From assembly GCF_902459465.1 (NCBI RefSeq), contig NC_047063.1:9486001-9550000 (forward strand): DNA of 64,000 nucleotides, written 5' to 3'. Origin of the DNA: Asterias rubens (taxonomy: Eukaryota). The notes under the pieces were generated by a model that was not told the origin of the DNA, searched no databases, and was given only the letters and a program-made list of their open reading frames with translations. Of the stretch, positions 57,551 to 64,000 are shown in pieces; the first letter of the stretch is position 1, and every line of letters begins with the position of its first letter. The position numbers were made by a program, and so were the translations under genes.

Positions 57551-60500
57551 ATGGCTTCTCCAAGTGAAAGTGCATCCGAAATCTCAGAAAGACAAAGTCC
57601 ACAGGGAGTTGCTTACTCAAGTTTGACACATTTTGTCAATAAAGATGGACAGCACATCTACACTAAATACTGGGAGCCATCAGAAGGAACCCAGATAAGG
57701 TAAGACAGAGATAACACAAACTTAGTGATAAAATACTGAATCTCTAAAAAGTTAATCTGGTTACGGGCGTAAATCATATGGCGTAATCAGCTAGCCCCAC
57801 AACTGCTAACTGTGGTCCAAACCAACTGCGTGTGTTTAACTCTTTGATCTGAATCCCCTGATGGATAACTTTCCGTATGGCGCCACCACTTTTTCACTCA
57901 TTTTTACAAAAAGGGATATATCAATCAGGTATTAATTAGATACTATATTATTTTATTTCGAATGAAAAAGTGGTGGCGCCATACGGAAACTTTTCCGCTT
58001 TCAGTTTCACAGTCCAACTCATTCAACAAACTCGAGATCAGGCTCCAATTCTAAGGAATTACATTGTTAATCAATGTTGTTGTTTGTAATTTGTAAATTG
58101 TAGCATTGTTTTTGTAATTAGTCTGTTGCGATAATCGTAATCGTGTGGATCGTGTAATCTGAAGGGTATCAGAACAGTTAATCACTTTTTATAATCAGTG
58201 TAATCTTTAAAAAGTTCAAAGTACACCTCCAACAACTTTCGTACATACATTACAACTACAATACAACAACTTAACAATCATGATTATGACAGTCATGATC
58301 ATGATAATACAACCGTACAAAAGTCATGACAATGAATAAATAAATACCGTAATCTAGTCAGCATTCTGTATTATTTGATTTCTATAATGTTACCGCGATG
58401 GCCTAAATGATTAGGCCACTGGCAAAAGCTAGATCGCGCGCGTCTGCCTATTCTTCAACACTGGTAGACGCGCTGATCTAGCCGTAGCTGTAGCCGAAGT
58501 CGTCGTTTCGGACACGGCCTAAGACTGAACATGACTTAAAGAGTTCTTAAACAAGTCAAGTAGTCTCAATCTAATGAACCCATTATAACACTTCCCTCCA
58601 CCCCCTTCATGTGTCACTATTCATTGTTAATTACCCCCTTGCTTTTTGTCTGCTTTCTGACCTCTCTGTCTCTCCATGGTCTCTCTCATTATGTAAATTC
58701 TCTCTATGCTCTATTATAGTATTATAGTAAGTATAATTTGGTTGTAATTTTGATTTCTTGATGTTTTGATTGTTCTCATTCAGGGCCATGCTGCACATTG
58801 TGCATGGCATGGGCGAACATTGTGAGAGATATGCCAAGGTTGCCAAAGAGTGTACAGACAATGGAATCCTTGTGTTTGCTCACGATCACAGTAAGTCTCT
58901 ATGACCCTTTTCTAGATTCACATTTTTGAAAGTCAAAGTTGTATAAATTGTTCAGTTCTAATTTGCTTCTGTTTTGTTGATAAATGATCACTTTCGTACA
59001 ATAAAGTTACCTCAAATTGCAGGTGATGTTACATTTTAGGAAAGCATTGGCCAATGTGTTGTTTAAATATTTATAAGAAGTTTTCCAGGTACATGATGTA
59101 GCTGCAGGGGAGATCTTTGCCCAGTCTTAGTTATAACATTATAAAGTGTGCACTGTGACTGGTGCCCCACTAAATTTTTGCTTCTAAAGCACTATTTTAT
59201 GCTCAAAACAGCTTCATGAATTGGGCCAAGAATCGTTCTACCATGTGTTTTTTGTTGCTACATGTATTTGGAGTTTCTTATCCTTATCATAAAACGGAAT
59301 GTCTAATATCAAGTTCCACAGATACACTAAATAAATATATTTCCAGATATTATAGGAAATGAAAGAACAGTTGTCGGAATAGAATCAGCTCAACTGAGTT
59401 CTTATTGTTTCCTTTTCAGTCTTAACTGTGTGAGAATAGAAAGTTCTGTGTAGAAACATGATTTGTCCTTAGTGTTTCCATCTTCTTGTGGTCAAACCAG
59501 CCCCTAACTCCTGTTGAGAGTGTACCACTCATCTTATATACCGCCCTCTATTGACAACTTACAATGTATAATGCAACTCATGTACTTTTAGAGCATTACT
59601 CACAGTAGACTGAACATGACCCAAAGAGTTCTTAATCAAGCCACGTAGTCATTGCCTCTTTCCTTTGTTGAGTCTCAATCTAATGAGCCCATAACACTTC
59701 CCTCCAGCCCCTTTATCATGTGTCCCCCAACTGAGTTCCTATTGTTTCCTTTTCAGTCGGTCATGGGCAGAGTGAAGGACCCAGAGCAGATGTCAAGGAC
59801 TTCCAATACTTTGTCCGAGATTGTAATCAACACATTGACCTAATGAGAGATAAACACAAAGATGTTCCTTTGTTTATGATGGGACACTCAATGGTAAATG
59901 TTATCTCTTAAAACTTAAAATAATGTACAAACAAACAAAAAGGTAATTAGACTCTGGACAAAATTACCAACTTCCTCCTTGTAATAACTTGTCCATACAA
60001 CTGTACTGTTTAACTTTTAACAGTCTTATTTAATCATCAGTTTTTAAACATCAACTAGAATATATGCTCTTACGTTTTGTGCGATTTCCCCCCCCCCCCC
60101 AAAAAAAAAGTAATAGGTCTTGAAAACTTGCATTATTGTAAGATTTTATGAGTGTTTTCTCTTTGTATTTTAATATGTAGCTGATTTTATATTTGTGTAA
60201 AGTGCTTTGAGGTTTTTCGTAAGGCGCTTTACAAAATGGTCACTTGTTATTATCTTTATTGTCTATGTATTGTCCTCTGTGCGTTATGTTTTGTAGCATT
60301 TATTTTCCACTGAAGTTATCATTGTGTGTGTACTTTTTAAAGTGCCTCTCATGATTTTTGTTCTATGAATGCAGGCGATTTTAAACCTCAATTGTTAAAC
60401 TTGCATCAGGGATAATTAATGTTATTTGGTTTTTACCCTTCCACTGATGTGTGTAAGTCACTGTTCACTCAGTGCTTTCCCAAGTCCTGTGATGAAAAGA

Positions 60501-63500
60501 AACACCACACAGGTATATTTCTTGGGTGGATTCGAACCCAACCCACTACCTTTGCCGTTCCAGAGCGGGACTCGTGGAAAGTACTGAGTATACAGTGTTT
60601 AACATATCGATTGGATGGTAAAACCATATGGATTTTTCACTTGGTGCTTGTAAATTGTGTTTGATTGTGGTTTGCAGGTTTTTGGTACTTCATGTGTTTG
60701 AACAATTTGTAAATCGTTCTGTTTTAATTTAACATATTTTTCAATGCTTCGTTTTGGTGGTTTCAATATTTTGTTTTCTTCTTGTATTTCATTGTTGTTT
60801 GCAGGTTTTCGGTACTTCATGTATTTGAACAATTTGTAAATCGTTCTGTTTTAATTTAATATATTTTTCAATGCTTTATTTTGGTGGTGTCAATATTTAT
60901 TTTTCTTGTTGAGGCCTATTACGAACTAACTTTTAGTTTAGTTTGCTTCAATGTTTAATTACTTGACTTCTTCATGTAGTTTTGGTAATTGTACACTTTA
61001 TATGAAGTAAAGTTTGTATTGCTTAGGCCTATGTTACATATTTCAGCCACTTTATGGTGTTTTACATTATTGTGTATATTTTGGCTTTTTAATCTCTTGT
61101 GTACTTAAAAAGGACTTTAAAATAAATTGCAAGAAGTCTACATGAACTTTGTACACAAATTGTTAAACATAATATTCTTAGATGAATTCGTGAGAAATAA
61201 TTTTTTAACAATATTTCATGATTCTTACCGACAGGGTGGAACTATTGGCATATTGCTGGCATATGAGAGACCATCTTTGTTTACCAATACTGGTGTAATC
61301 TTAATGTCTCCTGCTATCAAGACTAACCCACAAGTGGTGACCCCATTTAAGGTAGGTTAAAGGTCAAGAGTTCACCATTTAAGTAAGGTTTTACAAAGAT
61401 ATTGACAAAATAGGGACACCGCCAATATAGGGCTAGATAGCTCAGTTGGTAGAGCGCCGGCAGGTTAGTCCGTTGGTTCGAATCCCACTCTAGTCAATTC
61501 TTTGTTCAACCCCAAAAATCATTTTTTAATTTTAAGAATATTAATGCTCCGAACCACAACCCAGACACTTTGTCATTAACTTCGTTATTATTTGCTCTTG
61601 TTAGTCCTATTAAATGATTTAATTTATTAAATTCATAACCTGATACGTCAATAAATACCATTCAGAAGAAAGGGTTTTAGTGATAATGTGTCCCATGGCA
61701 ATTAAAGTAATAGTTATCTGAAGCTCCTAGTTATCATTCGCTATTATTAAGAAGGGGTTGTTTTTTTTGCTGCCCGGACGCACATAATGTCTCATGCAAT
61801 ACACGCTGGTAATTTTTTTTATTTTTTGGGGGGTTCTGTAACTGTCATTAATAATCCAATGAGTTTAAATGTTGTTGATTGTAGCTCTTTATGGCCAAGG
61901 CTCTAGCAGGACTCTTCCCTGGGGCAGCTATGGGGAAACTGGAGGCACACATGATGAGCAGGGACCCTGAAGTAGTAAGTAGGCCTACAAATTTAAAAAT
62001 GCATTTAACACTTGCAATAAGACGGTGAACACCCACACACAATTCTGAATGAATGTGTATACGCCTCTCTTAATACTTATGCATGACGTCATAATTCTTA
62101 CCCAAAATGAGGCTATGGGCGCACGTTCCCCATCACTTGCAGTGGCTGCGCCCATCGCCTCGTTTTGAGTTGGCATTGTGACGTACCTCATGCATATTAT
62201 TAAGAGAGGCTTATGGCACAACAGTACCAGGGTTTGCTCATCTGGAGTTTGCTATGCTCGGAACCATTTGACATAGCAACTCAACTGTCTCTGTAGTCTA
62301 AGGAATTGAAATGTTTACGGTACATTGTGACTACTAAAAGCAAGTCATTTTACCAGACATGATTCAAATCTAACTTGCAAATGGCTAGTTACAACAGAAT
62401 TATCATCAATATAATTACCCTCATTACATGTATGTGCCTATCACGAGTTATGTTCTGTCATTGACATTTTGTCAAATTCAAATAACATTAATCCAGTAGT
62501 AAGTCTTTCACAAAATATTTCATGTCGCAGGTCAAGGATTACGATGAGGATCCCCTGGTCTATCATGGGGCAGTCAAGGCTCGCTTTGGAACGCAGACGA
62601 TTGCGGCGATGGGACGTGTGGAGGCAGGACTGGCCGACGCTAAGTGGCCTTTCTTGCTACAGCACGGTGACAAAGACGTCCTTGCTGAAATATCAGGGTC
62701 AAAGCTTATGTACGAGAAGGCTCCAAGTAACGACAAAAAATTCACTGTGAGTGTGCAACTCATTTATTATTAATGCTTATAGGGCCATGTTATGTTTTGT
62801 TTGTTTGTTACCATTATAGTTATAACTACAGTTTTATAATTTTTATTTATTATTGTACATCATATTTGGTCTACTGTTTTCAGTATGATAGACTGATTGC
62901 ACTACCAATGTTTACATCCTGTGAACATTCTCGAAGAATTTCCTAGTTGGTGGAACTGTGTTGACCCATTACTGGCATTGTTCAGCCACCGGCATGGTCT
63001 CAAGGTCTCAAACTCCAGAATATTCATCAGTGATTTTTAGAAAGAAAAGCCTCGATTAAACAAACAAATGCAACAAAAATCATGTGCTTTTTAACGCACG
63101 TTGATATGCAGTACGCCGTGTTTGTTGATGTGTAATACCTGTCTCAGGTCACGCAATGTTGGTAGCGCAATCAGTCTATTAAATATTATTACCGTTAATG
63201 TCATTATTAAGTAGGATTTGAAACTTTGCATGGTGGAAATACGATATAGAAAATGTCAGTTATTAAGTTAAAGTTAATTACAGCTAATGTCATTATTAAG
63301 TAGGATTTGAAACTTAGTAAGTAGGATTTGAAACTTTGCATGGTGGAAATACGATATAGAAAGGTTTGCAGTAACACCATGTAATGACTATCTCTAATGA
63401 GTTGGGGTGGTTCTGAAAAGAAGCGTTGGTTTCAACTCGACGTTTCGATCGGTATGCTCTGATCGTCTTCTGGAGAAAGAAGCTTTACTCCAGGAGACGA

Positions 63501-63795
63501 TCAGAGCATACAGAGCGAAACCTCCAGAAGACGATCAGAGCATACTGATCGAAATGTCGAGTTGAAACCAACGGTTCTTTTCAGGACCACCCCAACTCAT
63601 TAGAGATAGTCATTACATGGTGTAACCGCAAACCTTTCTGTATAATGTCATTATTCTTATTATAAACCATGGTATCACCATTTTCCTCAGGTCTATGAAG
63701 GTCACTACCATGAACTGGACAAGGAGCCTGGAGGTGATGGGCAGAAAGTCATCAAGGAATTAGTAGACTGGATCCTTGAAAGACTGCCAGCATGA
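57551..63795 (+). CDS. MGLL: Monoglyceride lipase (~306 aa)
   Basis: 7 exons: 57551-57699, 58784-58890, 59757-59893, 61235-61351, 61885-61974, 62531-62746, 63691-63795. HGMGEH, DHIGHGQSEG, the GHSMG nucleophile, HGDKD (Asp) and YH (His) give an intact triad. Confidence 0.93.
60671..60905. repeat. Tandem duplication, ~127-bp unit
   Basis: TTTGCAGGTTTT.GGTACTTCATGT.TTTGAACAATTTG occurs twice. Confidence 0.85.
63357..63640. mobile_element. Penelope-like terminal repeats in inverted plus tandem arrangement, with hammerhead motifs
   Basis: Minus copy ~63357-63478 and plus copy 63522-63640 are reverse complements; a partial tandem unit lies at 63488-63521. Confidence 0.7.
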
Positions 63796-64000
63796 AACAA
63801 CTCATCATAAGATAGGTACCAGGTGGCTTGTCAACTAATGGTAAACTGGTAAAGTGACTAACCTTGGCATTGACCATGTGATTTACTTCATTGAAATGGC
63901 CGGTAGTATGTGGAGAAGACCAAAATTATTTAGTCAAATTGTACAAAGGACCATATTATGCATTTAAATCATGCAATTATTAACATGTGGTGATGGGAAA

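Overview
AT-rich, intron-rich animal genomic DNA; the gene and repeat content suggests an invertebrate deuterostome, probably an echinoderm such as a sea star (inference). Hand-assembled spliced models with consistent GT-AG phases give seven genes: the 5' part of a CaMKI-like kinase (-), a Shisa-like TM protein (-), two intronless short Toll-like receptors (-), a synaptophysin-family gene (+), SUCLG2 (+) and MGLL (+). Non-coding DNA is dense with non-autonomous DNA transposons (Kolobok-like, hAT-like, Tc1, IS3EU-like, a TATA-TSD element), tRNA-derived SINEs and LINE fragments. Most ORF-track entries are spurious repeat ORFs. Best leads: (1) Penelope-type minimal hammerhead-ribozyme motifs with a variant CAGAAGA core, including an inverted/tandem cluster in the last MGLL intron; (2) a 40-bp element shared just upstream of the ATGs of SUCLG2 and MGLL; (3) a short-TLR pair with non-canonical TIR domains and a 96%-identical 135-bp tract suggesting gene conversion; (4) a 2.1-kb IS3EU-like element between the TLRs. 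All alignments were done by eye; no database searches were run.
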